Shown here one piece after another: positions 26,262-37,400 of a stretch of DNA of 64,000 nucleotides. The DNA comes from Heteronotia binoei (lineage: Eukaryota), in NCBI RefSeq assembly GCF_032191835.1, contig NC_083230.1, positions 84,382,001 through 84,446,000 on the forward strand, read 5' to 3'. Each line of letters starts with the position of its first letter. Position 1 is the first letter of the stretch. The translations under genes and the position numbers were made by a program. Below the pieces are notes generated by a model. That model was not told the DNA's origin, did no database searches, and saw only the letters and a list, made by a program, of their open reading frames with translations.

Positions 26262-26410
26262 GCACAGCTGACTTATGGTGACCCCAGAAGAGGAACTTTA
26301 AGGACAAGTGAGAAACACAGGTGGTTTGCCATTGCCTTCCTCTGCAGAGCCTTCCTTGGTGGTCTCCCATCCAAGTACTGACCCTGCTTACCTTCAGAGA
26401 GGAGATCAAG
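26262..26410 (-). mobile_element. 5S rRNA-derived SINE, second copy
   Basis: ggtctcccatccaagtactgaccctgctta is the reverse complement of the 5S box region; tail gtggtttgccattgccttcc. Confidence 0.65.
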
Positions 26411-27349
26411 CTATTCAGTGTCTCTTTCTCACTCATGTAATGATTATAAAAGCAATACATTGTAAAAGGAAGCTAGGCAATTCAACCTGCACAAAATGAA
26501 AAACAGCCCATATTGCCTGGAGAATTTCAAAGCCAGAATTCAACCATCTCAGCAAGTGAAGTGCTGGATTAACCAAGCAAACACTGCAATGATGCACAAT
26601 TCTTGTAGTTCACTTTAACATTATACATTTACAATGTTATTTTACATTTTTCTCACTGCATAATCTCACTGCATTTGTCTTGCTTTCAGCTTTTAAGTAA
26701 GTTATAGTCAATAACTAGGAAGCTTTTAACATATATCAGAAAAATCCAGGTGGGCAGCTGTGTTGGTCTGAAGCAGTTGAACAAAGCAGGAGTCAAGTTT
26801 CACTTTTAAGACCAACAAAGTTTTATTAAGAACATTTTATATCAGAAAACTTTTAAGCCTCATGTTGTTTAGAAGCAGTGGTGATTAGTGAAATGGCAGA
26901 GCCCAGAACAGTTTTGTATCGACATGGATTATCCCACTTTCACAACTAACAAATCAACTGCTTGCACTATTAGAGACAATGGAAGAGGTACTAGCCATGC
27001 ACTCTGAGTACAGCACAACCACAGCTTGGAAGGGAACTGAAATGATGCTGATCAGAGCAAGGGCTGTTAGGGAAGCTGGGTGACTATGGTGGTGAGCTCT
27101 ATCAAGCCTTGACAGGAAAGGTGCCCTGAACTGTGCACAACAGAGCAAAGAGAAAGACAGCACTGCTTCCTGTCACTCAGCCCAATCCCTTCCCACATCC
27201 AGAAAAGCAAAGGTGCTGTGCTCTGTTAAAAAAATCAGCACAACTTGCCCTAGGGGGGCAGGAGAGAAGCGGCACTCCGCCATGTTCAGTGGGTCTAGTC
27301 TTTCCTTGCCCCTCCGCCAGGCTCTTACCACAATCAGGTGGGCAGGGAG

Positions 27350-27592
27350 GGTGGGGAGAAAGCAAATCGGGAGTGTGGGAAGTCTGAAGCTGAGGTGGAA
27401 GGAAGCGGGGAGGTGGTGGCCGAGGAGGGAAAGCAGCAAATTGAAAAGGGGGGGCAGGGAGAGAGCGAATTGGGAGTGTGGGAAGGCTGGAGCTGGAGTG
27501 AAAGGAGGTGGGGAAAGGCGGTAGCAGAGGAGGGAAAGCAGCAATTTGAGAAGAGGGGGTGGGGAGAAAGCATGGGAAGAGAGTGAATTGGC
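27350..27592. repeat. Purine-rich tandem repeat, ~103-105-bp unit x ~2.3
   Basis: gc(a/g)aat(c/t)gggagtgtgggaag..gaggagggaaagcagcaa recurs at 27362 and 27465, with a partial third unit at ~27570. Confidence 0.75.
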
Positions 27593-28654
27593 AAATAATT
27601 TATTATCCAGACAGAACAAACTGGGGCAGGGGCGGGGGACCTTGCCCAGGAGCCCTAAAGGCGTGAAGGCCCCTAGAGCAGTGCCTACTTGGCCTATTGG
27701 GTTTATCTGGTTCTGCTGGTAGAATAAGAATGTAATGATACTGTAGTCTTTCTGTTCTTTGTACAGAAAACAGAACAATTCTGCAACTCAAAAGTCTGGC
27801 ATTCTGCTAACAAAACTGACACAATAAAAAGATAGTGCTTCTTTTGCAGACAAGAATAGTAGCTATTATCAATCATACTAATTTACTTTTTTTCCTCTTC
27901 TCCACCTAAGCAAGTAGAATTCTAACATCCTAATTTGAAAGTGACTTCAATTGACAAAATGGGATTCACATCCCACCCAGTTAGTATGCTATATCAGGCT
28001 GTGTGCTATCTTGAGTCATGGTCAGATGTTTTACATACAGCCTGATGTTATGTGTGTTTATCCCAAAATAAATTCCGACAGTGACTGGGTAAGTGTACAT
28101 AATATTTTAGCATTTCTCATATCTATCATTTTAAAGTAAAACCTACAGTGTACAAAATGCATTTTATTTAAAATATGCTTTCTGTTCTACATGAATTGCA
28201 TTCACATAAGAAGAATCCTTATGGATTAGACCAGTGGCCCATCTAGTCTATCATCCTGTTTCATCCAGTGGCTAACCAGTTGGCCTGGAAGACCAACAAA
28301 TGACATAGAGGCCAAGGCTGATGCTGCCAGTGTATGCAGAGGTTCCCTTTAGTCATTGTGCCTGGTAGCCATTGATTGTCCTGTCCTTTCTGGATTTGCC
28401 TAATATCCTCTTAAAGCCCTCTATACTCATGGCATTCATAAATTTAAAAAGTGGTCTTGTGTATGTAGCCTGTGTTGTATCATGGTTTAGGAATATAAAA
28501 TCCACCCAGAAGCTGATGTACTGTGCCAAAGTTCAACTTTCAACTTTGCCATGAATACATCAGCAATTCAGACCTAAACAAAGTCACACACCCTTAAGTC
28601 CATTAAAGTCACTGGACTTAAAAAGGTATAACAGTTTAGGACTGCACTGAAAAT

Positions 28655-29150
28655 AGTTTTATTTATTTATTTTTATTTAATTTATTTTATTCCACTTATA
28701 TCCCGCCCTCCCCCCGAGGCGGGCTCAGGGCAGCTCACACAGACATGCATGTGCATGATTCGACATAGTAGTACAGCATTAAAACCATAAAACATAGAGT
28801 AAAATAAACATAAAATACATAAAAAATGTTTCGGTGCCATGATCTTACATTTTCCAATTTTATAGTTCTCCGTATAGCAGATCTTAAGTTATCCTCTCTG
28901 CAGCTGCTATACAGCAGATGGTGGTGGTTCACGTGTTGCTGTAAACTGTAGTGGCCAGCAGCCTAGTTCACAAATGCCTGGTGGAAGAGTGCCGTCTTAC
29001 AGGCTCTGCGGAACTGTATGAGCTCTTTCAGGGCCCTGACCTCTTCCAGCAACTCATTCCACCAGCTTGGGGCTGTTTTAAGCAAAGGCCACTGTGTCAT
29101 AGCACACACATACACATCCTGGTGAAATTTGGGGAAATTCATCTTAATGT
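28655..29150 (-). mobile_element. L2 LINE 3' fragment
   Basis: ORF 28963-29187 ends APSWWNELLEEVRALKELIQFRRACKTALFHQAF; 3' end gagccc..gcgggatataag + (AAAT)n. Confidence 0.75.
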
Positions 29151-30089
29151 ACACTGCAGGACAGTTGAAGATAGTAAGATAATGCATTTCAGTTTCAGTA
29201 TTTTAGCACTGAAAACACTATACACATGCTATGTTTTTTTTAAACAAAATGATGTTTGGTCTGTTAAGATGATGCAGAGTGTATGAGAAGTGCACATACT
29301 TTTTCGTGGTTATTATAACAACAACATCTGGATTTGTGGGCACCCAGACAGCACAGCATGGGGTTTTCCATCCCAATCTGTGACCATGTGCAGGCCATTT
29401 CACAGCTGACAAGAAAAATCTAGTATTGACAGAGCCTCGACATGAGAAACACATATTATAGAATCTCCCGACTATAGAGATCAGTTCCCCTGGGGAACAT
29501 GGCAGCTTTGGAGGGCAGTCTGTGTGGCATCATAGCCCCATTGAGCTCCCTCCCCAAACTCCATCACCCCCTCCTGGCTACCACCCCACCCCTAAATCTC
29601 CAGGAATTTCACAAGCCGGAGTTGGCAGCTTTAACTGGTTCAGGTACATCTTTCAAAGCCACCATGAAATCTTACTCTCATGGAAGAAATCAGCAGAGCA
29701 GGAACTGTGGGTCTCTAAGCCAGGGGTGGCCAAACTGCAGCATGGGAGTCACATGCAGCTCTTTCACACGTATTGTGTGGCTCCCGGAGGTCAAGGAGGA
29801 GCTTAATGCAGGCCTGCTATCAAGAAAGCATGCTTAGCATCAGGACTTCAGTCAGCTGCTGATCACTGACCCATAGATAGGCAACCATTTCTGCCATGTG
29901 TGAAGCAAAGAAGGAAGGGGAAATAGGCAGGCTTTCAAGCTTTTCTCCACCATAGAGGTCACCTGGAGACCTAAAGTGGGGAAAGAGAGTGCAAGAACCA
30001 AGGGATGTAAATGGTGGTCAATGATTTATATGGTACATGTGTTTCCTTCTTCCACTGGTGCCAAAAAATAATTCCCTAACCTTTCCCTA

Positions 30090-30387
30090 GAGCCCGTGGC
30101 ACAGAGTGGTAAAGCTTCAGTACTGCAGTCCTAAGCTCTGCTCATGACCTGAGTTCGATCCTGGCGGAAGTTGGGTTCAGGTAGCTGGCTCGAGGTTGAC
30201 TCAGCCTTCCATCCTTCCGAGGTCGGTAAAATGAGTACCCAGCTTTCTGTGTGGGGAAGTGTAGATGACTGGGGAAGGCAACGGCAAAGCACTCCATAAA
30301 AAGTCTGCTGTGAAAATGTTGTGAAAGCAACGTCACCCCAGAGTCGGAAATGACTGGGGCTTGCACAGGGGGCTACCTTTACCTTTT
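30090..30387 (+). mobile_element. Sauria SINE, full length
   Basis: tRNA-like head, ACCTTT tail, 13-bp TSD TAACCTTTCCCTA (30077-30089 / 30388-30400). Confidence 0.92.
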
Positions 30388-31364
30388 TAACCTTTCCCTA
30401 TGTTGGTCTTATGGGGACTGTTATTTCCAGCTTTTGTTTTTTAAAAAGTCTCCTAGCATGGTCATACATGTGTATCATATTTTTCTGCGCAAAGAAAAAT
30501 ATTAAGAGTTTTAACAAAGGGGTGGTGTGTATGTGTTATTTGTTCATGTCTTCCAGCTCTCAAACATCTGATGTTTATTCTATGTGGCTCTTACATTAAG
30601 CAAGTTTGGCCACCCCTGCTCTAGGCCTTCCCATTCTTTGCTACTGATTTGTTTTATTACCTTGGTCAAGTGGCTCATGCTTTCTATCCTTTGAGTTTGT
30701 CTTTTTAAAAAATACGCAAACATCAACTCCAAAGCCATGATTTTTATAGGTTACAAGCTAAGGTTGCCAACTCCAGGTTGGGAAATTCTGGGAGATTTTG
30801 AGGTCAGAGCCTGGGAATGGAAAGGCTGGGTTTGGGGAAGGGAAGGACCTCAACAGCATGCAATAGCATGAAGTCCACCCTCCAAAAACAGCCATTTTCT
30901 CTTTAGTCTGGTGATCAGTTGTAATTCCAGGAGATCTCCAGGCTCCACCTGGAGGTTGGCAAGCCTATCCAATCATTCTGTTCTGTTATCAAATGCTGGC
31001 ATAGTAACATATTGTGGTGTTAAGGGCCCCATGTGGGCAGTGCTGCATTTATCAGTTTGCATGCTGCCAGTGCATGGCTTGTCCTTTAGCTGTAAGAGAT
31101 GTGGAAAAACCGGTTTCATGGTTCATAGCTGTACTTCCTTTTGCACCCACAGGCTTGGCTTCCTTTGCTGCTGCGCCCTGAGCCCAGCTTACCTCAGCCT
31201 TAATCTGCTACAACCAGCTTCTACTCCTCCCGCTTACCTTATCCTAGCACCCACACTTTTCTTTGCATTAAATAGTCTTCTCAAATTCTCTCTCTTTTGT
31301 AAGGTGGAAGTGTGACTGCAGTTGCAGAGGAAGCCTGTTTTGTTTAGAGGAGTCCAGACTGCCA

Positions 31365-31455
31365 ATGGCTGCAAAAAATCACGGGAATGGTATGGCCCTC
31401 AAGGAAGTGTGCAGAAGAGAAGAAAATGCCTTATGTGCTGACTGTGGGAAACCTG
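31365..31455 (+). CDS. ADAP1-like: ADAP-like exon 1 (MAAKNHGNGMALKEVCRREENALCADCGKP)
   Basis: CADCG first zinc pair; donor G|GTAAGA; phase 1 fits exon 2. Confidence 0.88.
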
Positions 31456-34400
31456 GTAAGACCCTGTTTGTGTGGTGAATGATGATGGAAGAGAGCACAG
31501 GCGGAACCCGGCTAGACCAGGTGATCCTGTCTTAGAGGGAAGGAGAGGAAGGAGCAGCTGCCCTAAGCAATGTTGGCTCTGGGGTCAGAGATGCTGAATT
31601 TTGTCAAGCCTTGTAAAGTCAGGTCACCTGTCAGTGTACATAATGCTGTGCACAGTTGTGCTTATAATGTATACATTAAGGGGGAGGTATTTGTGAATTT
31701 CTTGCATTGTGCAGGGGATTGAACTAGGTGACCTGGGGGGTCCCAGCTCTATGATTCTGTGCAAAAAACCAACTATTTATATCAATTCATTGTTAAGATA
31801 TTGCTCTCCGCAACAGAGACCCTAAAACAGCTTAAACCTCATCCTTACCTTTTCCATTTTGTCCTCCCAACAAAAATCCTCAGAGGTAGGATAGTTTGGG
31901 GGGCAGGGGAGAGACTCGCCCAAGGTCACTCAGTGAACTTCCATGGCACAGTTGGGATTTGAACCTAAGACTTTCAGATCCTAATCTATGAGGGTTGGAT
32001 TCATTTTTTAGGAGGGCCAGATCTGACACAAATGGGACTTTACGGGGCCAGGCCATGTGTGTCATAAAATGTGATGTGAGGTAGCGAAGATATAAACTTT
32101 ATAAAGGACACAGACAAACATCATTAAAGATATTATTTTTATAACTTAAAAATACAAACATGCTTAAAACTTTTGCAATATTTTGTTTAAAATGGAAAGG
32201 TGGAATAGTGGGATTTGGCGATGCAATTTAAAAAATAAAACATCAAGAAAAAGCACAAGGATCACAGCAGAAACTAAAAATATAAAATGCTGTGAGCCTG
32301 GGAAAACAATGAAATGGCTTTGCAAGTCTCTCCTGCCCCCGCCGGGTCTATTCAGATAGGCAATGGCTCTCCAGTGTAATATCCTCCTTTGGCTGTGGGT
32401 TCCCTGGTTAGAGTACTCACTAGGTCAGGTCCATTCAGTAGAGAAAAGCTGGCTCAAAGCATCAACGCTTTATTTGCAAGGACACAATTCCAGGAGGCAT
32501 GAGCTTCAGCTGTCTATATAGGAATGCTGAAAGTGATCTCTACTCCATTGAAACACATTGCAGCACAGACAAAGTTGCAAGGAAAACATGACATGGATTT
32601 TCCATTAAGGTCTCTGGGCCCTATCTATCTGGGCACAGAGACCTTAATGGAAAATAAATTCCACTTTTTATTTTAAAGACAAGGGGAAAAGGCAGGGAAC
32701 TGAAAGAGCAGGGAACTGTGTCAGACTCAGAGTTTCAAAAGATGAAGACAGGAGGAGAAGGAGGATGGAGAAGAGAGCCCTGGGCAGGCCAGTTCTGGCA
32801 TATGAGATGGACATTTGGCACCCCTGTAATCCATCACCCTACCCACTGTACCATGTTGGCTTAGCAATTTGTATAAATCATGCAAATTATGTAAATTTAC
32901 ACATATCTGAAAATTTATTCTGTTCCTGCTAATTCTGAGGAAGATCAGAGAGTTTAAGCACAGAAACCTTACCCGCTGAGTCTGACCACAGGCAAACCTG
33001 TTCAGTTGCCACAAGAAATTATCGTCAACATTTGGCTCTGCCACAGATGATAGTTTGTAGCACTTTGCTCAGGTTATATGTGCCCTGGCCCCTATTTTGA
33101 AAACAAAGATGACTTCCTTCAAACCTAGGACTGTGGACTCTTTCAGGCACCCTTGGCAATAGAGCACCTTATTAACTCTGTAACTTTCTATATAATCTAG
33201 ATGGTGTAAGTTATGTTTCAGGAGAGTGGAAATATGAAAGCTCAGAGATAAATAATGGGCCTTGCAGGTTCCAAGTCCTGTCCCTCCCTATTATTCTGAT
33301 TCTCACCATAACTTTTACTGGTTCTGATCTCAGCCTTGGACCTTTGAAGAAACATAAACAATAAATTAAGATGATAATCAGCAGTACTCAGATTTTTACC
33401 TAAGGAATTTCAGGAATCCTTTATACTTCTGTTCAGACACAGTGGTCATTCAGGAATAGTCCTCTCTGTCAAGAACCAATCCTCCAACCCCTGACCCCAC
33501 TTCTCTTCCACTCAGATCCTGACTGGGCCTCCTACACTTTGGGGGTCTTCATCTGCTTAGACTGTTCAAGGATCCATTGCAATATCCCCAGTGTCAGCAA
33601 AGTTAAGTCGCTCAGGATGGACCGCTGGGATGATGCACAGGTGCAGGTATGTTTGGCTTTGAGGAATGTTTTGCTCCCCTTATGTCTGGGGGCATGCCTC
33701 CTTCTTCCCCTTTTCACTCTCAGTGGCACTGGTGTAGAGATTGTACTGTCTTAAGGATTACTGTTCAGGTTTTCTGTTTGCCAGGTGCCCAAATGAACCC
33801 AGGTAGAAAGTAGCTAGCTAGATCCTGAGTATTGTTCTGAACCAAATTATATCGTACTTGAAAAACAAAACAATCTGAAAATGTCTGGAAATATATTGAA
33901 TCCTGCTGTATTGAATATTTAACCAGAAAATGTTCAAGCTCTTTTCAGCCCTGTAATGCTATATTATTTTAGCAAGTTTGGATTAACTATTATCCTACAT
34001 ACTCCACAGAGACCTAGCTAAATTGTGAGTGCCAATTTCTGTAGCTCGCTCATGGAGAAGCTAACCAGTATGAAATATATGCTCTCTAAAATGAGGTTCT
34101 TTAACATTCTCTGCATTGCTCTACCTCAAGAAGGGAGCAGCGGTGAGAATAATAGATAAAGGACTTTTTGAGTTCTGGTTGCCTGGCCACCTTGAGGAGC
34201 AAAATACAGTTTATACAAAGGCATTGGAGCTAGGTCAGAAAAAGATAATTCCATTTTTGCTTAGTGAAAGGCTGCCATCATCTGCATAGGAGGGACTCTC
34301 TGAGATGCAGCTTTTCCAGTCAGAACTGTGATGGGAAAAGCTGCACCACACACAGTTCAGCTTCTGTGCAACTTTTGAAGCCACCCTCATGGTCAAGACC

Positions 34401-37400
34401 TGACAGTTCTAAGGCCACTTCATACACAATAGCTTTAAACGTGCACCTGAGGTTTTTAAAGCATCCATCTGTTGAAATGTGACTTTTAAATTTAATTTGC
34501 AAAGCACCAGATGCCAGCAAGGCAGCAACAATAATCTATTGTAGAAACAACCAAGGTATCCTTGTGGCACCTTCAACTAACAGATTAATTGTAGCATAAG
34601 CTTTTTTGCTTGTTTTCACAAAATACCATGTGTATCTATTGTGCTAGATAAATAAAAGAATCCCCCAAAGCATTTCAAAAGTGATGAATGCAACAAATAT
34701 ACCTACTTGCCAAGACTTGCGCCAGAGGGGACACCTTCCAGAGAGCTGTAGCTTCCTACTGAATGGATGCTGAGTTGCCTGGTTTGCCTTTGCTGTAATG
34801 TGTGTGAAATGGCCCTTAGCTCAATGGTAGGAGTCCTGGAAAAGGATTCAGTGGAAATCCATCTCCCTCCACTGTTTGCAGGTGGTAAGATTTCACAGCT
34901 CTTAGGAGCAGGAGCATCATTAGAGAAGAGAATGCAAGCTAATTTGTTCATCTTCTTGCATTACAGTTTTTGACCCAACACGGGAATGCAGTGGCCAAAG
35001 CCACATATGAAGCCCATGTTCCTATTTATTATTACCATCCAGTGCACACTGACTGCCAGTAAGTGTCATAAGTTCATCTGGGAGGAGGGCAAAGCGGAGT
35101 GGATGTTATGGGTTTTTTCTACCTATCATTAAGCTGCCATGTCTGTGCTGTGGCTCAGAGGCAGAGCATCTGCTTTGTATGCAGAAGGTTCCTGGTTCAA
35201 TCCCTGTTGTTTCTAGTCAACATGTATGTGTAGTAGGAGATGTGAAAGATATCAGCCTTAGGCCCTGGATTGCTGCTGCCAGTCACAGCAGAACAATACT
35301 ATCCTTGATACACTAATGGTCACAGTTTCAGGCAGCTTCATGTGTTACATTGTAATATCCCCACAGACTCCTAAGAGAACAATGGATACAAGCCAAATAC
35401 CAACGAAAGGAATTCATGGAGCCAGGAAAGCAACTGCCATTTTCCAACGGTAACCATTTTGCAAAGGAATCAGTCCCATTGAATGTTTTTTCAGCAGCCT
35501 TGGGACACAGTGCGAAGGTATCTCCCCACATTACAATTTTAGTGCAACTTTCATAGGTCTGGATGAGACTGATGGTTGTGTTGTACTTCTAATACAGAAG
35601 AGAGAATCTCAACTGGGGAGGCTTTCCCTAGGCATATCACCACAAGGATGGGAGAACATAAGAACATAAGAGAAGCCATGTTAGATCAGGCCAATGGCCC
35701 ATCCAGTCCAACACTCTGTGTCACACAGTGGCAAAAATTTTTTTATATATACACACACACTGTGGCTAATAGCCACTGATGGACCTCTTCTCCATATTTT
35801 TATCTAAACCCCTCTTGAAGCTGGCTATGCTTGTGGCCACACTTGGTGGGATTTCCCCTTCAAGGGGAAGTTGCTGTTTGTTAACCTGGCAAATTTTGGA
35901 CAGTCCATCGGCTCACCATACCAACTGGACAACATAGGTAAATGGGTGAGGTCTTACAACCTTGTCAGCTCTAACTCTGTAATAATCATTAGTCATTAGT
36001 GAATCATAGCAATACAGTATCATCTTATCCTGCACTGTCAGGTTCTAGAGAGGCAGGGAGGTGGTGACGAACAATAACATAATGGGTTTTATTTCTATAA
36101 AACAACTCGTACTGAGAGTACAACTACATGGTACAGGAGATGCAGGCTGCCACTCAAAACAGCAGCCCATTTTTTAGTTCTTTTCCCTCTCCTCGCAGTA
36201 TAATAACAACTTTAAGACCAACCAAGTTTTATTGAGAACACAAGCTTTTGCTAAGCACACTTCATCAGACGAGGGTAATACCTGATCCCCTCATCTGATG
36301 AAGTGTGCTTAGAGAGCACATGAAACTTACGTTCTGAATAAACTTGGTTGGTCTTAAAGGTGCACCTTGACTCCTCCTTTGTTCAGCTGCTTCAGACCAA
36401 CACGGCTGCCCTCTTGGATCTATCTACATACAGTATAATAACAAGTTGCACTTAACTCAGGACATTTTGCATTTCCCTGCTCCCACTTCCCCTATTGGCT
36501 TCTGGTGGTGGGGAAGGGAAGCATAAGATATGATATCATCCCAAAGATAAATGTTGCTATGCACTACACAGGTAAGCACAAACTTATATGGGGATGGTAT
36601 TTTCAGCAGCAGCCCCCTGTGTTTTTCCACCCTGATGTAGTCTTTGTTTTTAAAGATGTGCCATTGCTGCTTGCTGTCAGTAAAGGCTCCTTAATGAAAA
36701 TACAAAATGGTTATTGACTGCATAAATATATCTTCAGAGAAGCTTTGTCAATAATACATTTGCTTCCTGTGTCCCAAGGTCCTGAAATATGAACACTGGT
36801 TCTGAAGATCTTGAAATGTTATTGATATGTGGAAACCCTATTGGCAGGAGTCCTAGAATTGCTCCACCCCCAAAGTGACAGGACACAGCTCTCATTGTTA
36901 GGTTCTGATAGCACCACTCTCCCTGTTTATGTGCATATATGTGAAAAACCACAATGGCAGATTAAGGCCCTTGCAGAATGCTCTTCTGCCTTCTTCGAGC
37001 CCAAGGGCAGGTTATGAAGCAGCGCCATTAAATGACACCATCTTTTTGTGTGAAAACCACAAAAGAAAATACTCAATCTGAAAACCTTCCAGCAGCAAGA
37101 CAGCATTCTTGCTCTCAGTACCTAGCACCCTACCGCTGTCTGAAAGTATGAGGCTGGCACAGCAGAAAAAGAGTGAGAATGTAGGGAGGGGAAACTTTCT
37201 TCCATACCCCTGAATGAGGAGGAGGGAAGAGAAGCAAAATTTCAGGTTCACTTCTCAGTCCCATGGAACTAAAATGCTAAATATATAGCTGCCACCTTTT
37301 CTTCAGGCACAAGTCCTGTACCTGACAGACAGAAATTCAACAGTTCAGCAGTTGAGACTTCAAGTGAAATACACAGGAGCACTGAAAGAAGAAAGGTGCC

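Noticed and set aside
27173-27778. 201-aa ORF and neighbours
   Set aside because: Arise from a purine-rich tandem repeat; no recognisable domain.
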